Shown here one piece after another: positions 51,901 to 61,320 of a stretch of DNA of 64,000 nucleotides. The stretch's first letter is position 1, and the number at the start of each line of letters is the position of its first letter. The position numbers and the translations under genes were made by a program. The notes under the pieces are model-generated. The model ran no database searches, was not told the DNA's origin, and saw nothing but the letters and a program-made list of their open reading frames with translations. The DNA lies in the NCBI GenBank assembly GCA_963796685.1, contig CAWCMR010000009.1:320001-384000 (forward strand). The letters are read 5' to 3'. Origin of the DNA: an uncultured delta proteobacterium. GTDB lineage: Bacteria; Myxococcota_A; Polyangia; Fen-1088.

Positions 51901-53091
51901 ATGGATGCAGTTCAGAACCCGTATTCACCAGGCGCGGGAACTCAACCGCCCGCCCTGGTGGGCCGCGATGATTTGCTCGAAAATGCGCGTGTCGCGCTCG
52001 AGAGAATCCGCGATGGCAGACCGGCGAAAAGCATCCTCATGGTCGGGTTGCGAGGAGTCGGCAAGACGGTCCTACTCGACCGAATGAGGGATAACGCAGA
52101 AGCATCCGGTATCGTGACCCTGCGAATGGAAGCTCCGGAAAGCCGGTCGTTGCCGGCCATACTTGCTCCTGAGTTGCGCGCGGCCCTTCTGCGGCTTTCG
52201 CGAATTGGCCGGGCCAAGTCGCTTGCCCAGCGAGCCCTCAAGGGACTGGCCGGTTTCGCGAAGGCCCTCAAGGTGAAATACGCCGACATCGAAGTGGGCC
52301 TCGACTTGGCCCCTGAGCCCGGATTGGCCGACAACGGGGATCTCGAACATGACCTGATGGCGCTCCTTGAAGCCACCGGACAGGCCGCGAAGAAGGCCGG
52401 CACCGCTGTGGCGGTATTCCTCGACGAATTGCAGTACGTCAAGGAGGATGAGCTCGCCGCGCTCATCACGGCGTTGCATCGGGTGGCGCAGCGCCAAATT
52501 CCGGTATCACTGGTCGGCGCTGGGCTTCCCCAGCTACGCGGCAGGATGGGGAGCGCCAAGTCCTACGCCGAGCGCATGTTTGATTTTCCGGAGGTCGGTC
52601 CCCTCACCAGCGCTGCTGCCAAGGATGCGATTTCAAGGCCCGCGGAAGAGCAGGGTGTTCTCTTCCAGGCAAATGCCCTGGAAAGGATTGTGGAAGTGAC
52701 CCAAGGGTATCCCTACTTTCTACAAGAGTGGGGCAAGCACACCTGGGAGATTGCGCGGAAGTCACCCATTACAATTCACGACGTCGACAGCTCCTCGGAG
52801 ATCGCCATTGCCGCGCTGGATGCGAGCTTCTTCCGGGTTCGGTTCGATCGCCTGACTCCGCTCGAAAAACGCTACGTCCGCGCGATGGCGGATCTTGGCG
52901 CGGGCCCCCACCGTTCGGGTGAAATCGCCGCGAAGCTGCAACGCAAGGTGACGGCCTTGGCGCCTACTCGAAGCCAACTCATCCTCAAAGGGATGATCTG
53001 GAGCCCGAATCACGGCGACACCGCGTTTACCGTCCCCATGTTCGACGAATTCATGCGCAGGATCATGCCGGGCAAGGACTGGCTGGAGTAG
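51901..53091 (+). CDS. AAA_16-type (STAND-like) ATPase with a probable C-terminal winged helix
   Basis: NPYSPGAG.PP.LVGR, Walker A GLRGVGKT, Walker B VFLDELQ, GAGLP and GYPYFLQ. Confidence 0.88.
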   Translation: MDAVQNPYSPGAGTQPPALVGRDDLLENARVALERIRDGRPAKSILMVGLRGVGKTVLLDRMRDNAEASGIVTLRMEAPESRSLPAILAPELRAALLRLSRIGRAKSLAQRALKGLAGFAKALKVKYADIEVGLDLAPEPGLADNGDLEHDLMALLEATGQAAKKAGTAVAVFLDELQYVKEDELAALITALHRVAQRQIPVSLVGAGLPQLRGRMGSAKSYAERMFDFPEVGPLTSAAAKDAISRPAEEQGVLFQANALERIVEVTQGYPYFLQEWGKHTWEIARKSPITIHDVDSSSEIAIAALDASFFRVRFDRLTPLEKRYVRAMADLGAGPHRSGEIAAKLQRKVTALAPTRSQLILKGMIWSPNHGDTAFTVPMFDEFMRRIMPGKDWLE

Positions 53092-53176
53092 AGCCAAGCA
53101 AGTCGCCTCGCGGGGGCAGGTGTATCCAGGTTGGCAGGCTGGATCCTTGTCCTGCTCTTCCTGCTTGGGCCAGAAC

Positions 53177-53305
53177 GTCCACCTGGTGCAACGCCTCGAT
53201 GGCAATCGGCAGCTTGAACACGCTCTGTATGGGAAACGGCTGGTTCCGGTTCAGACCAAGGGTCCGCCCCGTCGCCAGCTCCACCGCCGCGAACCCGACC
53301 GTCCC
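53177..53305 (-). pseudogene. Fragment of a class A beta-lactamase
   Basis: GTVGFAAVELATGRTLGLNRNQPFPIQSVFKLPIAIEALHQVD contains the SxxK motif; similarity ends abruptly with no SDN or KTG. Confidence 0.72.
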
Positions 53306-53510
53306 GCGAGCAGCATGGCGAGGAAGAACGTCATGGCAGGAGGCTAGCACTGAAGGCGTTTTGCGGCGCGTACGAAGCCGCCCCTGGGCGGCACGATCGA
53401 ATGCACGCGAAAGACCCTTTCCAATCGCAACGGTCTGTAGACCGTGAGCCGGATCGCACTACTGAGGTCGTCTCCTCACGGTCCGCGATTCCGGCTATCA
53501 TCGCTTGCCC

Positions 53511-56500
53511 ATGCAATCGGTCGATCTCCACCTGGCCTCCTTCCCGGAGCACAATCCGAATCCGGTCGTCGAAGTCGACGCGGCAGGCGGCGGCGTGTGC
53601 TACGCCAATCCCGCCGCTTTGGCGCTGTTTCCCGACCTCATGGCAAAAGGCCCCGCACACCCCTGGCTCGCGGACTGGCCGACGGCCGTTCTCTCGATCG
53701 AGAAGGCCCCAAGCGGGAACACCATCCACCGCGCCATCGTCGTAGGCAAGCGCACCTATCACCAAACCCTGCACCTGATGCCCAGGGAGAGGGTCGTTCG
53801 CATCTACGGCCTCGACATCACCGAGCAGGTGCAGACCGAGGCGGCGGTGCGCGAAGCACACGCCAGAACGTCCACCATCCTGGAGAGCATCGCCGACGCC
53901 TTCTATTCGCTCGACAACGAGTGGCGCTTCATGGCGGTGAATCCCGCGGCAGAGCGCGCCCCCTTCGGGCGTCCCGCAAGCGAGCTTCTGGGCAAGGTGA
54001 TTTGGGATGTGTTCCCCGGGCTGCCGGGAACGCGCATCCACCAGCACTACCTGGACGCCGTCGCCAAGCGTAGCCGGGAGCACTACGAGGCGCCCTCGCC
54101 GCTCGATGGCCGCTGGTACGAGGTGTTCATGTTTCCGCGCACCGGGGGCCTGGACGTGTATCTGCGCGACATCGACGACCGCAAGAAGGCGGAGGCCGCG
54201 CTCAAGGCGAGCGAGGAGAGCTTGCGACTCTTTATCGACCATGCCCCGGCCTCGCTGGCCATGTTCGACCGCGACATGCGCTACCTGAGCGTCAGCCGCC
54301 GTTGGCTGGCCGACTACCGACTGGGCGACCGGGATGTGCGGGGCTTGTCGCACTACGAGGTCTTTCCCGAGATCGGCGAGGCCTGGAGGAAGGTCCACCG
54401 CCGCGCCCTGGCCGGTGAGGTGGTGCGATCCGGGTGCGAGCGCTTCCCACGCGCCGATGGCAGCGTGCAGTGGGTACGCTGGGAAGCCCGTCCCTGGCAC
54501 GAGCCCTCGGGCGGCATCGGCGGCATCGTCATTTTCACCGAGGACATCACCGAGGCCACGCTGGCCGCCGAGGCGCTACGGCGCTACGAGCTCTTGGCGA
54601 GGCAAAGCCGCGACATCGTGCTCTTCGTGCGACGCACGGACGGCCGCATTCTCGAGGCCAACGCTGCGGCCGTGGACGCCTACGGCTACAGCCGCGAGGA
54701 GCTCCTTTCGCTCTCCGTCCACAAGCTACGCGCCCTCAACACCACCCCCCTGACCGAGGGGCAGATGGCCATCGCCGACGAGCGCGGGATCCTCTTCGAG
54801 ACCGCCCACCAAAACAAAGACGGCCGGACCTTCCCCGTCGAAGTCAGCTCGCGAGGCGCACTGGTCGACGGTGAGCACACGCTGGTGAGCGTGGTGCGCG
54901 ACGTCAGCGAGCGCAAACGGCTGGAACGGCTCTACGCGGTCTTGAGCCGGGTCAACGAGGCCATCGTGCGAACGCGCGACGAAAAGACTTTGTACGGCGA
55001 GATCTGCCGGATCGCGACCGAGACCGGTGATTTTCCCCTGGCCTGGATTGGGCTCGTCGAGGGGCACGCCGTCATCCCCGTGGCTTCGGCCGGCACGGAG
55101 ATCGCCTATCTGCGCGAGATCCGCGTCGAGCTCGAGGGTGACTTGGGCGCGGGGCCGACCGGGACCTGCGTGCGTGAAGATCGGCCGGTGGTGAACGACG
55201 ACTTCTCCACCAACCCCAGCACGTCGCCCTGGCGCGCCCCCGCGCTTGGCCACGGGTTCCGCGCCTCCGCCGCTTTTCCCTTGCATAGGCACGCACAGGT
55301 CATCGGCGCGCTCACGCTCTATGCGGGGCGACCCGGCGTCTTCGATTCGGCGGAGAGGGGGCTCATCGAAGCACTGTGCGCGGATATTTCCTACGCCATC
55401 GCCGCGCAGGAGCACGAGCGGGAGCGGACGCAAGCCGAGGAAGCCCTGCGGACCGCCAACGCGCGCCTGCTTGCGGCCGACCAGCACAAGAACGAGTTTC
55501 TCGCCGTGTTGTCGCACGAGTTGCGCAACCCGCTCGCGCCCATCCGCAACAGTCTTTTCCTGCTCGATCGGGCTGCTCCGGACAGCGAACAGGCGAGGCG
55601 CGCCCGCGAAATCATCGGGCGACAGGTCGATCAGATGTCGCGACTGGTGGACGACCTGCTCGACGTCACGCGCATCTCGCATCGCAAGATCCAGCTCCAG
55701 CGTGCTCCGCTCGATCTGAATGACGTTGTCCGCAGCACGGTGGAGGACCACCGCTCCTTGCTCGACGGCAAGGGAATCGCCCTCGAGACAAGCCTTGCGC
55801 CCGAGGAGCTGCCCATCGAGGGAGACCGGGCTCGCCTTGCCCAAATCGTGGGGAACCTTCTTCACAATGCGGCCAAGTACACACCGGCGGGCCAACTTGT
55901 CCGAGTCGAGACCAAGGCCATCCCCGCGCGGAGCCGGGTCGGTATCCGGATCGTGGATACCGGCGTGGGCATCGAGCCCACCGTGCTAGCTCGGTTGTTT
56001 GAACCCTTCATGCAGGCCGGCGCGACCTTGGATCGCAGCCAGGGCGGCCTGGGACTTGGGCTGGCACTGGTGAAGGGCCTGGTCGAGTTGCACGGCGGGG
56101 AAGTCTGCGCCCACAGCGATGGTTTCGGAAAGGGGGCGGAGCTCATCGTCGAGCTACCGCTCGGCCAAGCCAAGAATGACAAGATCAGCGTCAAAACCGG
56201 GGCCCTGGCAGGCCGCCGACGACGAGTTCTAATTATCGAGGACAACCTCGATGCAGCCCAAAGCCTGTGCGAAGTGCTCGAATTCGGCGACCACCTCGTC
56301 GAGGTCGCCCACGACGGCGGCGAGGGCCTGGCCAAAGCCCGTCAGTTCAGGCCGGAGGTCGTGTTTTGCGATATCGGGTTGCCTGGCATGGACGGCTACG
56401 GCGTCGCGCGAGCGTTTCGCAACGACGACGCGCTGAAGCGCGCCTTTCTCGTGGCCCTGAGCGGCTACGCCCTGCCCGAAGACCTGAAGCGCGCGTGGGA

Positions 56501-56585
56501 GGCCGGTTTCGATAGACACGTCGCCAAGCCCCCGAGTCTGGAGATGATCGAGGAGCTTCTCCAAGTGGGCGGCGTTACCAAATAG
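53511..56585 (+). CDS. Hybrid sensor histidine kinase (multiple PAS, GAF, HisKA, HATPase, REC)
   Basis: About four PAS repeats and a GAF (GPTGTC...SAAFPL); SHELRNPL, NLLHNAAKY, DTGVG, GLGLGL and FCDIGLP. Confidence 0.93.
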   Translation: MQSVDLHLASFPEHNPNPVVEVDAAGGGVCYANPAALALFPDLMAKGPAHPWLADWPTAVLSIEKAPSGNTIHRAIVVGKRTYHQTLHLMPRERVVRIYGLDITEQVQTEAAVREAHARTSTILESIADAFYSLDNEWRFMAVNPAAERAPFGRPASELLGKVIWDVFPGLPGTRIHQHYLDAVAKRSREHYEAPSPLDGRWYEVFMFPRTGGLDVYLRDIDDRKKAEAALKASEESLRLFIDHAPASLAMFDRDMRYLSVSRRWLADYRLGDRDVRGLSHYEVFPEIGEAWRKVHRRALAGEVVRSGCERFPRADGSVQWVRWEARPWHEPSGGIGGIVIFTEDITEATLAAEALRRYELLARQSRDIVLFVRRTDGRILEANAAAVDAYGYSREELLSLSVHKLRALNTTPLTEGQMAIADERGILFETAHQNKDGRTFPVEVSSRGALVDGEHTLVSVVRDVSERKRLERLYAVLSRVNEAIVRTRDEKTLYGEICRIATETGDFPLAWIGLVEGHAVIPVASAGTEIAYLREIRVELEGDLGAGPTGTCVREDRPVVNDDFSTNPSTSPWRAPALGHGFRASAAFPLHRHAQVIGALTLYAGRPGVFDSAERGLIEALCADISYAIAAQEHERERTQAEEALRTANARLLAADQHKNEFLAVLSHELRNPLAPIRNSLFLLDRAAPDSEQARRAREIIGRQVDQMSRLVDDLLDVTRISHRKIQLQRAPLDLNDVVRSTVEDHRSLLDGKGIALETSLAPEELPIEGDRARLAQIVGNLLHNAAKYTPAGQLVRVETKAIPARSRVGIRIVDTGVGIEPTVLARLFEPFMQAGATLDRSQGGLGLGLALVKGLVELHGGEVCAHSDGFGKGAELIVELPLGQAKNDKISVKTGALAGRRRRVLIIEDNLDAAQSLCEVLEFGDHLVEVAHDGGEGLAKARQFRPEVVFCDIGLPGMDGYGVARAFRNDDALKRAFLVALSGYALPEDLKRAWEAGFDRHVAKPPSLEMIEELLQVGGVTK

Positions 56586-56671
56586 GGCTGGGAGTTCCGA
56601 AATGGTAACCTGAAACCGCGACTTGCTACGGCGCCTGTCGAGCCTGGGCGAAAGCGCGCGCGGTGCGATGC

Positions 56672-56689
56672 TTGGCCCGCGTCCTGCAA
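56672..56689 (+). promoter_or_regulatory. Putative sigma54 promoter of the 62-aa gene
   Basis: TTGGCCCGCGTCCTGCAA is GG-N10-GC, ending 54 nt upstream of ATG 56744. Confidence 0.65.
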
Positions 56690-56743
56690 CCGAGATGCCC
56701 TGTAGGGAATCATAAGTCCATTGACTACGATAGGAGCAGGACC

Positions 56744-56932
56744 ATGAACCACATCATTCAAGGGCGAACGTACAGTGTCGCAGAGCTCGTAGCCGCGGCC
56801 TACAAGGCGGCCACGCAGGTCACACGCAATCGCATGCTCGCTGCGATGATCGTCAGCAAGATCCTCGAAAGCTGGCTGATGCAATCAGACCGTCAAGATC
56901 TCGTGCGGAAGCTCCAATCCGTTTCCACCTAG
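56744..56932 (+). CDS. Small helical hypothetical protein (62 aa)
   Basis: AGGAG RBS; MNHIIQGRTYSVAELVAAAY...; fills the gap between two convergent kinases. Confidence 0.75.
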   Translation: MNHIIQGRTYSVAELVAAAYKAATQVTRNRMLAAMIVSKILESWLMQSDRQDLVRKLQSVST

Positions 56933-56961
56933 AGTCGCGCTCTCGCCTCGTGATCTCCACT

Positions 56962-58080
56962 TCAAATCGTCGGAAGCCCGGCCCGAGCCAAGATCTCTTC
57001 CAGTTGCTCCATGCTCGGCGGCTTGGGCATATGGTCGTGAAAGCCGGCCGCCACGGCACGACGCCGTTCATCGGGCTGGGCGTAGCCGGTCATGGCCACC
57101 AGCACGACGTTGCGCAACTGTGCGTCTCCGCGTAGGGCGCGCGCCACGGCGTATCCATCCATCACCGGCAAGCCGATGTCGCAGAAGACGATTTCGGGTT
57201 GAAACTCGCGCGCGAGAGCCAAACCGGCGTGGCCGTCCTTGGCCGTCTGGACCACGTGGCCAAATGACACCAATGCCGCTTGAAGGCTCTCCGCTGCGTC
57301 CAAGTTGTCCTCGATGACCAGCACGCGTCGACGCGCACGCGGTGGCGGCACGGGCCGAGCGGCGCTCTCGCCATCCACGTTGCCAAGCGGAAGGTCGACG
57401 GTAAACGTGGCCCCGCGCCCTGGGCCGTCGCTCTCGACCTGAGCGCTTCCCCCGTGCAGCTCCACCAGTCCCCTGACAACGGCAAGCCCTAGCCCCAGGC
57501 CACCCTGGGTACGGGCCAGTGACGCATTGCCCTGAACAAAGGGCTCGAATACGTGCGGCAGCAGGTCGGGCTCGATGCCGATCCCGGTGTCGCGGACGCT
57601 GATGCGACAGCAACCCGCGTTCGGACCTCGCTGCACGGCCACGGTCACGCCACCGCCAGCCGGAGTGAATTTGGCCGCGTTGTGCAAAAGATTGCCCAGG
57701 GTCTGAGCCACGCGCGTCGGATCGGCAAGGCCCAGGATTGGCTCCTCCGGCGCTTCGACCGTGAGATGGAGGGCATTGCCGTCGAAGAGCGCCCGGTTGT
57801 CCTCGACCGAGGTGCGTACCAATGTGCATAAATCGGTGATCGAGCGATGCAGCACCAGCTTGTCGCGGACGATGCGGGCCGCGTCGAGCAGGTCGTTGGC
57901 CAGGGACGTGAGCTGGTCGATCTGTCTGTCCATGATGGCCATCATGCGCATGGCCTGCACACCGCCCGGCTCGGCCCGTTGCAGGACGAACAGACTCGAG
58001 CGAAGGGACGCAAGCGGGTTGCGCAGCTCGTGCGAGAGAGTGGCTAGTAACTCCTCGATGCGAGGATTGCCGCGATCCAT
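56962..58080 (-). CDS. Hybrid histidine kinase lacking a sensor domain (HisKA-HATPase-REC)
   Basis: SHELRNPL only about 15 aa after the start; NLLHNAAKF, DTGIG, GLGLGL and FCDIGLP. Confidence 0.88.
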   Translation of the reverse strand: MDRGNPRIEELLATLSHELRNPLASLRSSLFVLQRAEPGGVQAMRMMAIMDRQIDQLTSLANDLLDAARIVRDKLVLHRSITDLCTLVRTSVEDNRALFDGNALHLTVEAPEEPILGLADPTRVAQTLGNLLHNAAKFTPAGGGVTVAVQRGPNAGCCRISVRDTGIGIEPDLLPHVFEPFVQGNASLARTQGGLGLGLAVVRGLVELHGGSAQVESDGPGRGATFTVDLPLGNVDGESAARPVPPPRARRRVLVIEDNLDAAESLQAALVSFGHVVQTAKDGHAGLALAREFQPEIVFCDIGLPVMDGYAVARALRGDAQLRNVVLVAMTGYAQPDERRRAVAAGFHDHMPKPPSMEQLEEILARAGLPTI

Positions 58081-58230
58081 GGATACCCGGGGAACTGAAC
58101 ATTGCAAAGTCGGCGCCAAGTACGGAACACGGCACCCACACCTGGTGAATATCCTTGATTTCCCCCTAACGCGCCCCCAACATCGGCGTCGTTCGTTCGG
58201 CACGAGCCGTTAGACGAGGACCATCGCGGA

Positions 58231-59577
58231 ATGCTCGACATACTCCTGGTTGACGACGAGCCCGAGATTCGCCTGCCTCTCGGCGAGGCGCTACGCGAGA
58301 TCGGGCATCGCGTGGCCTTGGCCGCGGACGGGGACGAGGCCATGCGCTGCCTGGAGCGCCAAACCTTCAACTTGGTTGTCAGTGATGTCCGCCTGCCCAA
58401 GGGCGACGGCTTCACCATCCTGCGCAAGGTGCGCGACCAGCAACCCAACACCGACGTCATCTTGATGACCGCCTACGGAACCATCCAGGAGGCGGTCACC
58501 GCGGTCAGGGAAACCGCCATCGAATACCTGACCAAGCCCTTCGAGCTGCCGGAAGTCCTGGCCATGGTCGGGCGCATCGACGAACGCTGGCGCCTCATGC
58601 GCGACCTGGCCGCCGCACGCGCCGAGTTGGCCTCTCGCCAAACCGGCCGCATGATCGAAGGCAGCTCGCCCGCCATCGTGCAACTGCGGGAGCGCATCGC
58701 CGCCATCGCGACCAGCTCCGCCGCCGTGCTGCTGACCGGGGAGAGCGGCACGGGCAAGGAGCTTGCCGCGCGCATGATCCACGCGGCGAGCGATCGGCGG
58801 GATGCCGCCTTCGTCGCGGTGAACTGCGCCGCCGTTCCCGCGGCCCTGATGGAAGCCGAGCTCTTCGGCCACGAGCGCGGGGCCTTCACCGGAGCGGTCA
58901 AGCGGCGCGACGGGCGCTTCAAGGCGGCCGATGGCGGCACCTTGTTCCTCGACGAAATCGGCGAAATGCCGCTCGACGTGCAGGCCAAGCTTTTGCGCGT
59001 GCTGCAAGAAGGATCCTTCGAGCCCATCGGCTCCAACACCTCGGTCAAGGTGGATGTGCGCCTCGTCTCCGCCAGCAATCGTGAGCTCAAGGGTCTGGCC
59101 GGCGAAGGCGCCTTTCGTCAAGATCTCTACTACCGAATCAAGGTCTTCGATCTGCATCTGCCGCCCCTGCGCGAGCGACTTTCCGACCTGCCCATCCTGG
59201 TCGAGCAATTCCTGCGCGAGTTCACCGCCGCGGGCGAGACGCCACCCAGCCTGGCCCCCGCGGCCTGGGCGGCGCTACAGGGCTACAACTATCCCGGCAA
59301 CGTGCGAGAGCTCCGCCACGCCATTCAGCACGCCACCATCCTGGCGCGCGGCCAGGAGATCAGGGTCCATCATCTGCCGTCCGAGTTTCGCGGTGGCACC
59401 AGCGTCCTTGCGAGCGAGCGGGTCGAGCCGCTCGCCGCGGTCATGGCCCAGTTCGAGCGCGACTATATCGCGCGAACCTTGGACTTGGCCGGCGGCGAGC
59501 GCCGCAAGGCTGCCGAGATGCTGGGGATCTCCCGAAAGAATCTCTGGGAGAAGATGAGCAAGCACGGCCTGGGCTAG
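58231..59577 (+). CDS. sigma54-dependent response regulator (NtrC/AtoC family)
   Basis: REC (VDDE, SDVRLP), GESGTGKE, GAFTGA, LFLDEIGE, PGNVREL and Fis-type HTH LGISRKNLWEK. Confidence 0.95.
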   Translation: MLDILLVDDEPEIRLPLGEALREIGHRVALAADGDEAMRCLERQTFNLVVSDVRLPKGDGFTILRKVRDQQPNTDVILMTAYGTIQEAVTAVRETAIEYLTKPFELPEVLAMVGRIDERWRLMRDLAAARAELASRQTGRMIEGSSPAIVQLRERIAAIATSSAAVLLTGESGTGKELAARMIHAASDRRDAAFVAVNCAAVPAALMEAELFGHERGAFTGAVKRRDGRFKAADGGTLFLDEIGEMPLDVQAKLLRVLQEGSFEPIGSNTSVKVDVRLVSASNRELKGLAGEGAFRQDLYYRIKVFDLHLPPLRERLSDLPILVEQFLREFTAAGETPPSLAPAAWAALQGYNYPGNVRELRHAIQHATILARGQEIRVHHLPSEFRGGTSVLASERVEPLAAVMAQFERDYIARTLDLAGGERRKAAEMLGISRKNLWEKMSKHGLG

Positions 59578-60272
59578 CCCTGGGCCGGGGCCCTGGGAAG
59601 CCAGAAGCACAGGACCAGAGCGCATGTCGCGTCTTGGGTGACTTCGAGCCTGCCGCCGTGGAGCTCGACCAGGAGGCGGGCGACGAGCAGTCCCAAACCG
59701 ATTGCGTCTTCTCCGGGCACCTCGGTTTCGCAGGGCGCGGTGAGCGTAAAGCGAACCTTGTCCTCGGCCACGCTCACCAGCAGGTCGATTCCCGATCGCC
59801 CCGTGTCCTGATTCAAGGAGACGGAGAGCAGGTTGGCCAGGATTCGGTCCAGACGAGCCGCGTCCACCGAAATCGCCAGGGGTCCGGCCGGCGCTGCGAG
59901 CCGAATGCGGGTTGTGTCCATGTCCCCTGCATGGCGCGAAAGAAACTCCGGTAGCCATCGCGAGAGGTCGTGCGTGTGAATATCGAGGTCCGCCTTGCCC
60001 GAGCGTAGCCGCGCCACGTCCCCCAGCTCCTCGGTCAAGGCGTTCAGCTTACGCGCCGAAGACACGATCATCGCGGCCAGACGACACTCCTTCTCGAGCC
60101 CCAATTTCGTCAGCGACCGCTCGAGCAACTGAGCGCTGAGTTGGACCGATGTCAGCGGCGTGCGTATCTCGTGCAGGGCGAGGCGAAGCATCCGGTAGTC
60201 CTCCGACGGCGCGGGACTCTCCGCACCACCCTCGAGCGGTAGAGCAACATCTTTGCCGAAAACCGAAGTCAT
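59574..60272 (-). CDS. Histidine-kinase-like protein with a degenerate ATP-binding domain
   Basis: H-box HEIRTPL kept; N-box reads NLLSVS; no DxGxG; residual GLGL...ELHGG. Confidence 0.72.
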   Translation of the reverse strand: MTSVFGKDVALPLEGGAESPAPSEDYRMLRLALHEIRTPLTSVQLSAQLLERSLTKLGLEKECRLAAMIVSSARKLNALTEELGDVARLRSGKADLDIHTHDLSRWLPEFLSRHAGDMDTTRIRLAAPAGPLAISVDAARLDRILANLLSVSLNQDTGRSGIDLLVSVAEDKVRFTLTAPCETEVPGEDAIGLGLLVARLLVELHGGRLEVTQDATCALVLCFWLPRAPAQG

Positions 60273-60435
60273 TCGCCTGGAATGATAGCGGCAATCACCC
60301 GGGAATGACACCATGGCCAACGCCCCCGCTCAACCCGGCAGTCGGGCGCGGTCCCATTCAGCGACCTTGGCAACCGACCACGCCTGTGACAGAAGAACAG
60401 GCGTCGCCCATCATCGGGCGCCACGGAAACAGGCG

Positions 60436-60792
60436 ATGAACAACAGCGATGAATTCACGTTTCAGGGTCAGGGCACGCTCAAACGCATCGACACCTTCGT
60501 GTCCAAGGCGGGAAAGTCGATCCTCACGCTGATCTTCGAGATCCAGGGGCAATACCCGCAGCTCATCCCCATCAAGGTCTTTGGCCGGCTGGCCGAACAA
60601 GCCTCGGCCTGGAAGCCGGGCGCGATTCTATCCGTCACCGGGCGGCTGGGTGGTCGCGACTGGAACGGCAAGGTGTATGGCGACAACGTCGCCACCAGCA
60701 TCGAAATCATCAGCGCCGACGACGACAAGGATCCGGGAACGCCGCCCGGTCACGACCCACCGCCGCCCAGCGACGACGACGTTCCCTTCTAG
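60436..60792 (+). CDS. SSB-like OB-fold protein (DUF3127-like) with an acidic DDDVPF tail
   Basis: GQYPQ...GRLGGRDWNGKVY and an SSB-type C-terminus. Confidence 0.75.
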   Translation: MNNSDEFTFQGQGTLKRIDTFVSKAGKSILTLIFEIQGQYPQLIPIKVFGRLAEQASAWKPGAILSVTGRLGGRDWNGKVYGDNVATSIEIISADDDKDPGTPPGHDPPPPSDDDVPF

Positions 60793-60987
60793 CTCGCTCA
60801 CACCCTCACAGCGACGCGCCTGCGCCTTCGAGGTGTCATGTATTGCCGCGTCATCACTGTCCGGTCGAGGCCAGATCCCTCGCCTCAAGCGATGATCGCT
60901 GCGCTAGGTTATCAAGTTGAGCGGCGCCAAAGCCGTGGAAGGTCCTGCGACCGCAGGCCTCTCGCCGCTCTCCGTGCGTAGGCGAGG

Positions 60988-61233
60988 CTAGACCGGCAGC
61001 CCGCTGACGATGATCTTGCGCAGGCCAGAAACCGGGAGCGGCTGTCCCCGCTTCGTCTCTTCGAAGATGATCTGGGCCATGGTGGCAGCGGTCAAATCCT
61101 TACCGGAATCGCGATTCGTGACCCGGATTTCCTCGCCACTGCGGATCAGATCGGCGATCTGCTGGAGGTTCACGTAGTGGCTTTCCTGCGTGTCGTACAA
61201 CTTCCTGTTCGAATAGCGGCGGATGGTTCTCAT
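60988..61233 (-). CDS. Stand-alone PhaR-type (PHB_acc_N) DNA-binding domain protein
   Basis: IRRYSNRKLYDTQESHYVNL...GKDLTAATMAQIIFE. Confidence 0.88.
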   Translation of the reverse strand: MRTIRRYSNRKLYDTQESHYVNLQQIADLIRSGEEIRVTNRDSGKDLTAATMAQIIFEETKRGQPLPVSGLRKIIVSGLPV

Positions 61234-61320
61234 GGGCAGAGAATGGCATAGAGATTGGGCGACGGGAAGATACAGTTTCCGTCCGGCTTCTGACCTCCCT
61301 GGGCGCGGCGACCACGTCGC

